From positions 160,001-224,000 of the forward strand of contig CAXVYR010000003.1 of assembly GCA_963666975.2 (NCBI GenBank): 64,000 nucleotides of DNA. Reading direction: 5' to 3'. This DNA comes from Terriglobia bacterium (GTDB lineage: Bacteria > Acidobacteriota > Terriglobia > 2-12-FULL-54-10). Within the stretch, counting starts at the first letter, position 1. The number at the start of each line of letters is the position of its first letter. The translations under genes and the position numbers were made by a program. The notes under the pieces are model-generated. The model made no database searches. It saw only the letters and a list, made by a program, of their open reading frames with translations, and was not told the DNA's origin. Positions 18,958 to 27,918 of the stretch are shown here, piece by piece.

Positions 18958-19569
18958 TTACCGCCGGCGCTCGAAAACAGCAGGTGTTGTTCGATGGGGT
19001 GTCAGCACGGTCTTGAGTTGCGCAAACCCCGCGTAAATTCTGGATTTTACCGTGCTCACCGGGCAGGCGAGGATCTCTGCGATTTCGGCAAACCGGAACC
19101 CGTGATATACCTTCAGCACGATCGCTTCCCGCTGTTCCGGTGTCAGAGTTTCCAAAGCCTTCCTCACCGTGAGCTCCAGTTCCAATCCGGCCACCGACCT
19201 TGCCGGGCCGATTGGAATCGCGGAGGTCTTCGATTGGAAAAAAGCGCCTTCCCCATCTTCTTCCGGCCAGCTTTCCGCACGCTCCAAAGGGGTCCTGCTC
19301 CGGAAGTGCGAATTGGCCAGATTGTGGGCGATTCGAAAGAGCCACTGCGGAAACTTTTCTGAATCTGCCAGGGTACCGAGACTGCGGTACGCTTTCAGGA
19401 ACGCTTCCTGGCAGAGATCCAGGGAATCCTCCCGGTTGCCGAGCAGGCGAAGCAGATAATTGTAGAGACGCTTTTCCCAGCGCGTGACCAGCGCGTTGAA
19501 CGCCTCTACATTGCCGTCGCGTGCTCTTGCCACCAAACGGGCATCCGGCTCCTTGCGAAGAAACAACAC
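18958..19569 (-). CDS. ECF RNA polymerase sigma factor
   Basis: Region 2 DLCQEAFLKAY...WLFRIAHN; region 4 FAEIAEILACPVSTVKSRI. Confidence 0.93.
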   Translation of the reverse strand: MLFLRKEPDARLVARARDGNVEAFNALVTRWEKRLYNYLLRLLGNREDSLDLCQEAFLKAYRSLGTLADSEKFPQWLFRIAHNLANSHFRSRTPLERAESWPEEDGEGAFFQSKTSAIPIGPARSVAGLELELTVRKALETLTPEQREAIVLKVYHGFRFAEIAEILACPVSTVKSRIYAGFAQLKTVLTPHRTTPAVFERRR

Positions 19570-19784
19570 CCGACTCCCAATAGGAAAGACGCCAGAGGAC
19601 GAGAAAAAGTCTGGACGTCTGAAAAATTTCTTTCACTATAGCATAGGAAAACGGTCCCTCAGAGGTAACTCAACTGATGCGCTGGACAGTCGCCAGTCCG
19701 AGCCGTGCTGCTTGGCCAGGCTTTGCCGAAGGGTGCGTCAGCGATCTAATCGCGGCTCGCAGAGCTGAGACAGCTAGGAGACAA

Positions 19785-19813
19785 TTGACAATTGTCAGTA
19801 ACCACGCTACCAT
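19785..19813 (+). promoter_or_regulatory. higBA promoter with operator palindrome
   Basis: TTGACA-N17-TACCAT; perfect palindrome TGACAATTGTCA at 19786-19797; start codon 6 nt after the -10. Confidence 0.75.
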
Positions 19814-19819
19814 CGGTTC

Positions 19820-20098
19820 GTGATCCAGAACTTCCGGCACAAAGGGCTCAGACGGCTGTTTGCGAACGGCGAGTCGCAGGGAATCCGGGCTGATCTAGTG
19901 GAGAAGGTAGAGAACATCCTCGCCGTGCTGAACCGTGCGCGAGTACCGGCGGTCATGAACCTGCCAGGCTTTCGACTGCATCGGCTCAAAGGCGACCGGA
20001 AAGGTTTCTGGAGCATTACAGTACGGGCCAATTGGCGCGTGACCTTCCGTTTCGAAAACGGAGAGGCTTACGACGTTGATTTAGTGGACTACCATTGA
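19820..20098 (+). CDS. higB: HigB-family toxin
   Basis: MIQNFRHKGLRRLF...LHRLKGDRKGFWSITVRANWRVTFRF...DYH. Confidence 0.93.
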   Translation: MIQNFRHKGLRRLFANGESQGIRADLVEKVENILAVLNRARVPAVMNLPGFRLHRLKGDRKGFWSITVRANWRVTFRFENGEAYDVDLVDYH

Positions 20099-20110
20099 GG
20101 AGGAACCGCG

Positions 20111-20410
20111 ATGCGCATGAAGAACCCACCCCACCCGGGCCGGATTGTGCGGCAGGAGTGCGTCGAGCCGCTGGGGCTTACCGTTACCCAGGCCGCACGC
20201 GCTTTGGGCGTGACCCGACAGGCCCTTAACAACCTCGTGAATGGCAAGGCCGGGGTTTCCCCGGAGATGGCCATCCGGCTTTCCAAGGCCTTCGGCAGCA
20301 GCCCCGAAGTATGGCTCGGGATACAGATGGAATACGATCTGGCGCGGGCGGAAAAGAAAGCCGGACACATCAAGGTCAGGCGGATCGAGCCAAAACACGT
20401 TGCGACCTAG
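20111..20410 (+). CDS. higA: HigA antitoxin (HTH)
   Basis: PPHPG, HTH, SPEMAIRLSKAFG...WLGIQMEYDL; GAGGAGG RBS. Confidence 0.93.
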   Translation: MRMKNPPHPGRIVRQECVEPLGLTVTQAARALGVTRQALNNLVNGKAGVSPEMAIRLSKAFGSSPEVWLGIQMEYDLARAEKKAGHIKVRRIEPKHVAT

Positions 20411-20556
20411 ACCGGGAGCAACCGGCGATGTCCATGTATAATTACGACCGTGAGGGCGTGACTGCGGCAGACCGGCGGTTTCACTTTAGGATGACCGGCT
20501 GTCGGTTTATCCAAGTCACCCTAAACAGAAGTTAGCTGAGCCTAAGGATCACCGAC

Positions 20557-21596
20557 ATGAAGATTCCCGACTCCGTTCCTTGGCGTTCCACGGGCAGGAC
20601 CCTCGGCAGTGGGGGGCAGGGCGATGTCCACCTTGTCACCCGACGCGACCAGCCGGAAGGCGCACGGTACGCCCTGAAAGCGCTTCGAAATGTGCAATCG
20701 CGCCAGGCGAGAGAGCGCTTTCGGCGAGAGATCGAGGCTGTGAAGCACCTTGATCATCCGGCCATCGCCAATATCATTGATCAATCAGAGCCAGACGATC
20801 CCTTCCAGTTCTACGTGATGGAATATTATGAGGGGGCCAAAACGCTCGCCAGTGTCATTTTCTCCGACTTGAATCCGTATCGTGGAAAGGCGATAAAATG
20901 CCTCTACCTGTTCGAGCAGATCGTGCTTGCCATCCGTGCTTGCGAACAAGCCTCACCGCAGGTCATTCATCGAGACATCAACCCCAAGAACATCCTGCTC
21001 CTACCTGACGGTACTCTTCGCGTGATTGACTTCGGCGTCTGCCAGTTCCAGGACGGACAGATCGTGACTCTCGTTGATGAGGACGTTGGCGCTCGGAACT
21101 ACGCCGCTCCGGAGTGCGAGGCCGGGAATGACGCCCAAATCGGAGTCCATTCCGACCTGTACTCCGCTGCCAAAGTCTTGTGGTCGGCGGTTACATCCCA
21201 GAGAGCGTTCAGCCGAGAGGAGCCAGCGTTCGGTAGCAGGTCGATGTGCCAGTTGTTTCCGACACAGCCTACCATTGGCATCTGACTCTAGTGTTCGAGA
21301 AGACCATACGGGCCAACCCAGGTGACCGGTTTCAGACTACAGTCTCCTTATTGAATCTGCTGGAGGAAGTACGATACGTGGTTGAGCGAGGTTATCCGCC
21401 GCTCGAAGAGGTGGCCACACGATGTCCTTCCTGCGGGTGGCAGAAGCTCGAAAACTTCCCTTCGGGACATGTCGTCTTCGGTAACCCCAATCCTTCTGGC
21501 GTCGTTTCGCTCATCTGCTCATACTGCGGCTTCGGTTTCGTCAGAAACATGAACTACATTCATGATAATAAGAAGCGCCTACAGAGTCTGAAGTGA
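20557..21596 (+). pseudogene. Hanks-type Ser/Thr kinase with C-terminal Zn ribbon, frameshifted at ~21270
   Basis: GSGGQG, ALK, HRDINPKN, DFG, YAAPE. The second frame supplies ...NPGDRF (subdomain XI) and CPSC...CSYC. Confidence 0.85.
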
Positions 21597-21702
21597 GGGC
21601 GCAGCGGGTAGTCCCTCCGAGCGCTATTTGTCGCCGTGGACTTTTTTTGGATTTACGAACCCACTACCACGCCCCTCGGTCTGTTCGGTGGGCAGCAGTC
21701 GA

Positions 21703-21783
21703 AGCCGCGTGTGTAAGCAGGCGGGCAATTGACCGCTCCCTCACAGCCTGCCAGAGCCTGTCGAAGAGGTCGCGGCTCGGATG
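21703..21783. repeat. REP doublet related to 2500-2590, with a 23-nt insertion
   Basis: TTGACCGCTCCCTCAC[AGCCTGCCAGAGCCTGTCGAAGA]GGTCGCGGCTCGGATG; uninterrupted copy at 2559-2590. Confidence 0.85.
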
Positions 21784-21790
21784 TAGCTTC

Positions 21791-22996
21791 CTACTCCCCT
21801 AGCGCCAGCCGGGCGTCAGCCTGTGTTTCCCAGGTGGCAAACTGCCCGGCCTGGAATTTAGGGAAGGCGGCGGCTGCAATCATGGCGGCGTTGTCGGTGG
21901 AGAGGCCGGGGCGAGGGAAAAACACCGGCGGCAGCCGGCCCGCAATTCCCCGGAACCGTTCCCGCAACAGGGAATTTGCCGCCACTCCGCCGGCGACGAA
22001 AACGGAATTAACATCTTCGGTTTCCGCTGCCGCCAAACAATGCTGCAACAATTCCTCCACGACCGTTTTCTGGAAGCTGGCCAGCAGGTCCAGAGTTTTC
22101 GGGGAAGTATGAGAAAGCAGTTCTGTAATTCCCGCTTCGGGGTGCTGTTTCCGGAAGGCAGCCCGTTCGGCGCTCTCCGCGCCCAGTCCGTGGGTTTGCA
22201 CGTAGCGGAGCACGGCGGTCTTGATGCCGCTGAAGCTGAAATCCAGCGAGTTGCCCTTCATTTTTGCTTTGGTAAAGGCAACTGCATCGGGGTTGCCATG
22301 CCGTGCAAGCTGGTCGAGCACAGGCCCGCCCGGATATCCCAGTCCCAGCAGTTTGGCTACTTTGTCGAATGCCTCGCCGGCGGCGTCATCTCGGGTTCGT
22401 CCGACAATGCGGTGGGAAAACAGAGGAGCAAGCGGGCGAGCTTCGGTGGCCGGGCTGGAGATTTTTTTCGTAACCTTCTGCGCAACCTGCTGAGTGACAG
22501 CGAGCAGTGTATGTCCCCCGCTGACCACCAGGGAGAGGGCGGGGAACTCGGGTTCCTCGTGTTGCTGGAGATGCTCTTCCAGCAACACCGCGTAAATATG
22601 GCCTTCCAGATGATTGACCGCGACCAGCGGTTTGCCCAGAGAAAGCGCCAGTGACTTGGCGTAGGTGAGGCCCACCAGCAGAGCGCCTACCAGTCCCGGC
22701 CCCTGCGTGACGGCGATGGCGTCCAATTGCGGGTACTCCAGGCCCGCCTGCTCGACCGCCTCCCGCACAACCGGAACGATGTTGCGCAGGTGCTCCCGGC
22801 ATGCCAGTTCCGGCACGACGCCGCCGTACTTCCCGTGCGTCGCCATCTGCGAAGCCACCACGCTCGAAGCAATTCGCGCACCGCTTTCCACGACGGCCGC
22901 CGCGGTCTCATCGCAAGAGGTCTCAATGCCCAGGATTCGGACCGGGGCCGGATGGATAGCTTCTTCTTTTTTGTCTTCCATTGAGGGGGTTTTCAT
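21791..22996 (-). CDS. tsaD: tRNA N6-adenosine threonylcarbamoyltransferase
   Basis: [42 protein letters not shown]. Confidence 0.96.
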   Translation of the reverse strand: MKTPSMEDKKEEAIHPAPVRILGIETSCDETAAAVVESGARIASSVVASQMATHGKYGGVVPELACREHLRNIVPVVREAVEQAGLEYPQLDAIAVTQGPGLVGALLVGLTYAKSLALSLGKPLVAVNHLEGHIYAVLLEEHLQQHEEPEFPALSLVVSGGHTLLAVTQQVAQKVTKKISSPATEARPLAPLFSHRIVGRTRDDAAGEAFDKVAKLLGLGYPGGPVLDQLARHGNPDAVAFTKAKMKGNSLDFSFSGIKTAVLRYVQTHGLGAESAERAAFRKQHPEAGITELLSHTSPKTLDLLASFQKTVVEELLQHCLAAAETEDVNSVFVAGGVAANSLLRERFRGIAGRLPPVFFPRPGLSTDNAAMIAAAAFPKFQAGQFATWETQADARLALGE

Positions 22997-23934
22997 TGTT
23001 TATACCGGCGTACCACGATCTCGTCTCCCACCTCGAAGCTCATCAAATCCTCTCCTACCGCTAAGGGCCCGCTGTAAGTTATCCGTGTGGGAATAATAAA
23101 ATCTTCCGTCTGTGCTGCGGCAGGAACAATGTGGGAATATACCGCCAACTTCGGTTTTACGCGCGCGAAAATTTCTCCCGCCTGCTCCGGCGTGGTGTGA
23201 TGCGCGATGATGGTTCGCGCCCGCTCCAGGGGATACCCGAGGGATAGGAACCGATCTTCTCCAGCGGCCACCTCGTGGATTAACAAATCTGCTCCCTGCG
23301 CGAACCGAATCAAATTTTCCGAGGGACGGGTATCTCCGGAGAGCACCACAGACCGCCCCGCATAGTCGATACGGTATCCGAGCGCAGGCTTGATCGGACG
23401 ATGGTCCACGTCGAATGCTGTCACCTTCACCCCGTTTTGCTCATACACCACGCCTTCGGTGATGTCGTTTGCGAGAAAGAGCACACCCTGGGGCGGCGGT
23501 CTTGTGTCATACAGCCGGATTCGGATATCGAACCGGTACGCCTGATCGAGGTGTGACATCATCTCCACAGTTCCCCTCGGCCCCCAAACACGAAACGGAA
23601 CCTCCCGCCGCCCGGCCGTGACCCACCCGGTCAGCCACAGATCCGGAATTCCAACCACATGATCTGAATGCAGGTGTGTAAGAAAAAGGGCATGCACCGC
23701 TCCCAACGGTATTTTTAACTGGTAGATTCGTTGAACGGCCCCCCGGCCGCAATCAAACAAAAGTTTTTCTGTTCCGGCTTCCACCAGGATGCTCGGCCCG
23801 AACCGGTCCATCACCGGGGTGGGGCTGCCTGTGCCGAGCAGCGTCACCTTGAGGCTTTGCGCCGGCGCGAGAGCTGGCGCGAGCAGGAGCAACACCCCTG
23901 CAATTCCTTTATAGATCACGGCGGGCACTTTCAT
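22993..23934 (-). CDS. Exported MBL-fold hydrolase (RNase Z/arylsulfatase-like)
   Basis: Signal peptide, LLGTGSP, DCG, THLHSDH, SGDT, HE, HHTTP, YSH. Confidence 0.88.
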   Translation of the reverse strand: MKVPAVIYKGIAGVLLLLAPALAPAQSLKVTLLGTGSPTPVMDRFGPSILVEAGTEKLLFDCGRGAVQRIYQLKIPLGAVHALFLTHLHSDHVVGIPDLWLTGWVTAGRREVPFRVWGPRGTVEMMSHLDQAYRFDIRIRLYDTRPPPQGVLFLANDITEGVVYEQNGVKVTAFDVDHRPIKPALGYRIDYAGRSVVLSGDTRPSENLIRFAQGADLLIHEVAAGEDRFLSLGYPLERARTIIAHHTTPEQAGEIFARVKPKLAVYSHIVPAAAQTEDFIIPTRITYSGPLAVGEDLMSFEVGDEIVVRRYKQ

Positions 23935-24151
23935 TTTCCTTCCTCCTCTTTCGTTCTCCCGTTCTCCCCATAGCTGTCAGGTTTGCTTGCCTATGTGGAG
24001 AATTGTGACCGGAGACATCTTTCATCCACCATCCACCATCCGCGCTGCGATTGTCCTTATTGTAGCCGAAACGCGCATAGACACCAGAGCTGCCCGTTGT
24101 GCTGGTCTTTCCAACCCGGCAAATGGCAAAAAAGGAAATTGCCAAATCTTC

Positions 24152-24180
24152 TTGCCGGGCGTATGAAGATTCTCTAAAAT
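24152..24180 (+). promoter_or_regulatory. Candidate sigma70 promoter for the PilZ gene
   Basis: TTGCCG-N17-TAAAAT; the -35 lies in the right arm of an inverted repeat (24115-24159). Confidence 0.45.
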
Positions 24181-24280
24181 GAGGCTTCGCTTTCAATCGG
24201 CGGCCGGTATGGAGCCCCATACGGGGCGCAGGTGTGGGATGATGATATCGCGGAGCAAGCTCGACGGCAGGGAGGAACGC

Positions 24281-24617
24281 GTGGACGAAAAACGACGGAG
24301 TAAACGAATCGCGCAAATGATTACCATCCAGGTGATCGGGATGCAGCAATGATTACCATCCAGGTGATCGGGATGCAGGGGGATCCTCGGCGGTGGGCCA
24401 GGCAGCCGAGACCGTGGAGGTGAACAACCACGGCGCTCTCTTGAAAGCACGGTCCAAGTTTGAACCGGGAGCGGAGGTCATGATTCACAATACCAAGAAT
24501 TTGCAGAACGGCCTGTTTAAAATCGTTTGGTCAAAACCTTCGCCCGCCGGGTCAGCCTGGAATGTCGCGGTGGCATACCAGGATGGCGACGCAACCGAAT
24601 TTTGGGGAATCCAGTGA
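24281..24617 (+). pseudogene. Stand-alone PilZ domain protein disrupted by a 31-bp tandem duplication
   Basis: GGAGG then GTG; RRSKR (RxxxR) in the first frame, TVEVNNHGALL...AVAY in another; duplicate units at 24316-24346 and 24348-24378. Confidence 0.75.
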
Positions 24618-24765
24618 AGGACTGCCGGTTGCTGTCCGGATTGAAAGCGCCGCGATATCCGCAGCAAAAGTGAGCCTGTTGCCGGCAACCTGCGAACACC
24701 CGCACCACGGCACCACTGATTTTCGTGAGTAATCCTTCATCTGCGGAATCCTGCCGGAATCTGCA

Positions 24766-25035
24766 ATGACAACAGCCAAATTGTATTTTGTGGAAGGACG
24801 AGTGCAAGGCGTAGGTTTCCGCTTTTTTGTGGAAAGAGCCGCTGCGGAATTGGGACTGAAAGGGTACGTGCGAAACTGTGCAGACGGCCGCGTGGAGGTG
24901 TACGCCGCCGGGAAGGAGGAGGCGCTGGCGCAATTGCGGGAGCGGTTGGAGGCCGGTCCCCGGGCCGGCCGGGTGGAGAGATTGCAAGAGCAGGCAGCTC
25001 CATTCAGGCAATACAAAAATTTTTCGATCCAATAA
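24766..25035 (+). CDS. acyP: Acylphosphatase
   Basis: [21 protein letters not shown]. Confidence 0.95.
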   Translation: MTTAKLYFVEGRVQGVGFRFFVERAAAELGLKGYVRNCADGRVEVYAAGKEEALAQLRERLEAGPRAGRVERLQEQAAPFRQYKNFSIQ

Positions 25036-25078
25036 TGCTTCCGGGCATGTTCCGGTGAAGCGCACACGAGGAAATACT

Positions 25079-25600
25079 GTGGAAGAACTGAAAAAATTAA
25101 TTCGCGAAGTTCCGGATTGGCCTAAGAGGGGAATTCTTTTTTACGACATCACCACACTGCTCAAGGACAAAGCCGGCTTGAAACAGCTCATCGATGCGCT
25201 CGCGGCACAGTATTCCGGCCAGCAGATCGATCTGGTGCTGGGCATCGAAGCGCGCGGCTTCATCTTCGCTCCGGCGCTGGCCTGCCGGCTGGGAGCGGGA
25301 TTTGCGCCGGTCCGCAAGCCGGGCAAGCTGCCGGCGGAGACGGCGAGCGTCACCTATGAGTTGGAGTATGGAACCGACTCTCTGGAGATGCACCGCGATG
25401 CGATCCAGCCCGGACAGCGCGTGCTGATTGTGGACGACCTGCTGGCGACGGGAGGAACCGGAAGCGCTTGCGTACGGCTGGCGCGAGAACTGGGAGCCGA
25501 GGTGGCCGGCGTGGCCGTAGTTGTGGAGCTGGAATTTTTGCGCGGGCGATCCAAGCTGGATGGCGTGGATGTTTTCTCGCTGTTGCAGTATTCAGCATGA
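25079..25600 (+). CDS. apt: Adenine phosphoribosyltransferase
   Basis: [39 protein letters not shown]; start revised to GTG 25079. Confidence 0.95.
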   Translation: MEELKKLIREVPDWPKRGILFYDITTLLKDKAGLKQLIDALAAQYSGQQIDLVLGIEARGFIFAPALACRLGAGFAPVRKPGKLPAETASVTYELEYGTDSLEMHRDAIQPGQRVLIVDDLLATGGTGSACVRLARELGAEVAGVAVVVELEFLRGRSKLDGVDVFSLLQYSA

Positions 25601-25833
25601 AAATCTGCCGGGACAATGCTTATAAAAGAAAGCAAAGCATTGCTGCGCACGCTAGTCGTTCGGCGCAACGCGCCGGGCAAGGTATCGAGATTGATACTGA
25701 GAAATGCGGGGCTCCGGCGCTTTTCGGAAGGCCGGTGCCCGCGTATCACAAGCGTCGCGCATTGATCGCGACTGTGACGGCGACCTGTTCGCAAAATGAA
25801 AACTTTTCGCCGTCGCTCACAAAGATTTTTTTC

Positions 25834-25862
25834 TTGACATTTATTTTCCCAATCCGTATACA
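25834..25862 (+). promoter_or_regulatory. Candidate sigma70 promoter for the Lys-rich microprotein
   Basis: TTGACA-N17-TATACA with a T-rich upstream tract. Confidence 0.6.
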
Positions 25863-25940
25863 TTAAGAATCAACAAGCGGCGAGGTAGACGAAACGTTCG
25901 CCGTGAAAGAAAATTTGATACGAAAGGGAGAATGGAAACG

Positions 25941-26006
25941 ATGAAATGCGCAACTAAGAAAGCTAAGAAGAAACCCGCCGCCAAGGCCAAAAAGAAAAAG
26001 AGATAG
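25941..26006 (+). CDS. 21-aa Lys/Ala-rich microprotein MKCATKKAKKKPAAKAKKKKR
   Basis: AAAGGGAG RBS 10 nt upstream (alternative in-frame ATG at 25932); flanked by a promoter and a terminator; too short for the ORF track. Confidence 0.7.
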   Translation: MKCATKKAKKKPAAKAKKKKR

Positions 26007-26031
26007 TGACGGCGGAGCTTCCGGGATTGAG

Positions 26032-26064
26032 GGGGGACGAAAATTCGTCCCCCTTTTTGTTTTT
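26032..26064 (+). terminator. Intrinsic terminator
   Basis: GGGGGACGA-AAAT-TCGTCCCCC followed by TTTTTGTTTTT. Confidence 0.85.
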
Positions 26065-26095
26065 CTGGAGACTCCGCTGATTTTGCTCGCGAGGG

Positions 26096-26455
26096 TTACT
26101 CGTCCAAATGCAGGGGCGCCAGCAGGGACTCGATATTGGAGGCGCTGACGCGGATGCGGGCCAGTTCTTCCGGCCGGCTGCTTTCATCGAACGCGCTGAA
26201 CAGCCGCATCTTCGCAGCGGCGTATTTTTCCGTGTCCCCGAGCGGACGGTCGTGGCTTTTCTCCCACCGAGCCACGGCTGATTCTTCCACCACCACTTCC
26301 ACCACAAAAGAAGTTTTCCGGTCGCTGGAAACGCTAAACAAAAAACTGCTGCTGCTCCGTCCGAGAAGACGGCGCCGGGTGCGCGACTGTAAAAAGTAAT
26401 ACTGATAAACGACGCCGCTGTCTCCGGAGTAAGTTTTCATGCGGCGGACCGGCAT
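26096..26455 (-). CDS. Hypothetical protein
   Basis: 119 aa, protein-like composition (RRMKTYSGDSGVVYQYY...EKYAAAKMRLFSAFDE); follows the GT2 gene on the same strand. Confidence 0.7.
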   Translation of the reverse strand: MPVRRMKTYSGDSGVVYQYYFLQSRTRRRLLGRSSSSFLFSVSSDRKTSFVVEVVVEESAVARWEKSHDRPLGDTEKYAAAKMRLFSAFDESSRPEELARIRVSASNIESLLAPLHLDE

Positions 26456-26501
26456 GGGTTCAATGCCTTTGAATCGTGGATGGAAGGTGGCCGGGACCGC
26501 G

Positions 26502-27485
26502 TTACAGGATGCCGGCTTTTCGGGAACGCCCGATCACCTGCGAGACTGCGTAGATGCGCCGCTGCTGACCCTCGAAGTAGATTCGCGTGAGAACCTCTCC
26601 GATCAAGCCGGTGGAGACCAGTTGAATTCCCGCCAGCACAAAAACGACCGCTGCCAGCAAAAGCGGTCCGTGTTCCAGGAAGATGGCATGTCCGCGCAGT
26701 TTTTCGTAAAGCAGGTATGCCAGAGCCGCAAAGCCCGCCGCAAAACAGCCGAGGCCCAGCTTGCCAAAAAGATGCAGAGGGCGCGTCAAGTAACGAAGCA
26801 GAAAGCGGACGGTCAGCAGGTCAAAGAAAACGCGCAGCGTGCGGCCCAGCCCGTAGTGGGATTGTCCGGCGGTGCGAACCGTGTTCCGAATGGGAACTTC
26901 CGCGATGCGCGCTCCCTGCAAGCTGGCCAGGGCGGGGATAAAACGGTGCAGTTCTCCGTAAAGGTTCACGCTGCGGATGGTCTCGCGGCGGTAGGCCTTG
27001 AAGGTGGTTCCGAAGTCGTGCAGCGGAACCCCCGACAGAAGGCGCATGACCCAGTTGGCCACCGCCGAAGGAAAACGGCGGGTGATGAAATTATCTACCC
27101 GCTGTTTTCTCCATCCGCTGGCGATATCGTACCCCTGATGAATTTTTTCAATCAGCAGCGGCAGGTCCGCCGGATCGTGCTGGAAGTCGCCATCCATCGC
27201 GACAATCACTTCGCCGCGGGCGTAATCAAATCCTGCGGCCAGCGCCGCGTTCTGGCCGAAGTTGCGGCGCAGCCGGACCACCACGACGCGCGAGTCCAGC
27301 GCGGCGATCTGTTCCAACAAGCCGAACGAACCGTCCGTGCTGGCGTCATCCACAAAGATGATTTCAAAATCCCAATTCAGCGTCTCCATGGTTTCCACAA
27401 TCTTGGCAAACAGCGGGATGAGGTTCTCCTCTTCGTTGTGCGTGGGAATCACAATCGAGTAAACCGGAGACTTTTCTTTTTTCAT
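26502..27485 (-). CDS. GT2 polyprenol-phosphate glycosyltransferase (GtrB/ArnC-like)
   Basis: SIVIPTHNEE, VDDASTD, RRNFGQ, MDGDFQHDP, two C-terminal TMs. Confidence 0.9.
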   Translation of the reverse strand: MKKEKSPVYSIVIPTHNEEENLIPLFAKIVETMETLNWDFEIIFVDDASTDGSFGLLEQIAALDSRVVVVRLRRNFGQNAALAAGFDYARGEVIVAMDGDFQHDPADLPLLIEKIHQGYDIASGWRKQRVDNFITRRFPSAVANWVMRLLSGVPLHDFGTTFKAYRRETIRSVNLYGELHRFIPALASLQGARIAEVPIRNTVRTAGQSHYGLGRTLRVFFDLLTVRFLLRYLTRPLHLFGKLGLGCFAAGFAALAYLLYEKLRGHAIFLEHGPLLLAAVVFVLAGIQLVSTGLIGEVLTRIYFEGQQRRIYAVSQVIGRSRKAGIL

Positions 27486-27849
27486 TTTACTCTCCACCGG
27501 CTGACACAGGGACGGCCGCCAAGGGCTTCTGTGCCCTGCGCCCTGGTTCCCAGGGAAGATCACTGAACCGCGTCAGGACAATTCCTCGCTCCCTCATTTG
27601 GTCCCACAAGGACCCATCCACGACTGCTTCGAGTTCGGCTTCCCGGTTCCGTTTCAGCCGGGTCGGCGAAGATTGTGGAAATGGACAGGTGCCGTAAACT
27701 TCTATTATACCCTTCTTTCTAAGCCACAGCCTGAGTCGGAGGGTCGTGAGTCAGTTTCCGCGTCAGGGCACGGTTTTAACCTCTGTGCATAACGAAAGCT
27801 GACCCACTACCAGCCGGGGGAGATTCCTCGCCGCTCTTCCGCGCTCCAG

Positions 27850-27877
27850 GATAAAAGGGAAATGATAAAAGGGAAAT
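27850..27877. repeat. 14-bp perfect tandem duplication
   Basis: GATAAAAGGGAAAT occurs twice, downstream of leuB. Confidence 0.8.
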
Positions 27878-27918
27878 AGCGTTGGATATAGAAGCGACCG
27901 GCAGGCAGAGACTGGAGA

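Noticed and set aside
20407-20556. Integron attC site before the kinase (GTTAGCT at 20531)
   Set aside because: No matching RYYYAAC box at the hairpin base, no second attC and no integrase.
24124-24144. sigma54 site TGGCAA...TTGC
   Set aside because: Spacing is 4 nt too long; it is part of an inverted repeat instead.
27762-27850. Further REP-like remnants (also ~31181-31211 and ~49715-49752)
   Set aside because: Too degenerate and single-copy in this window to support a call.
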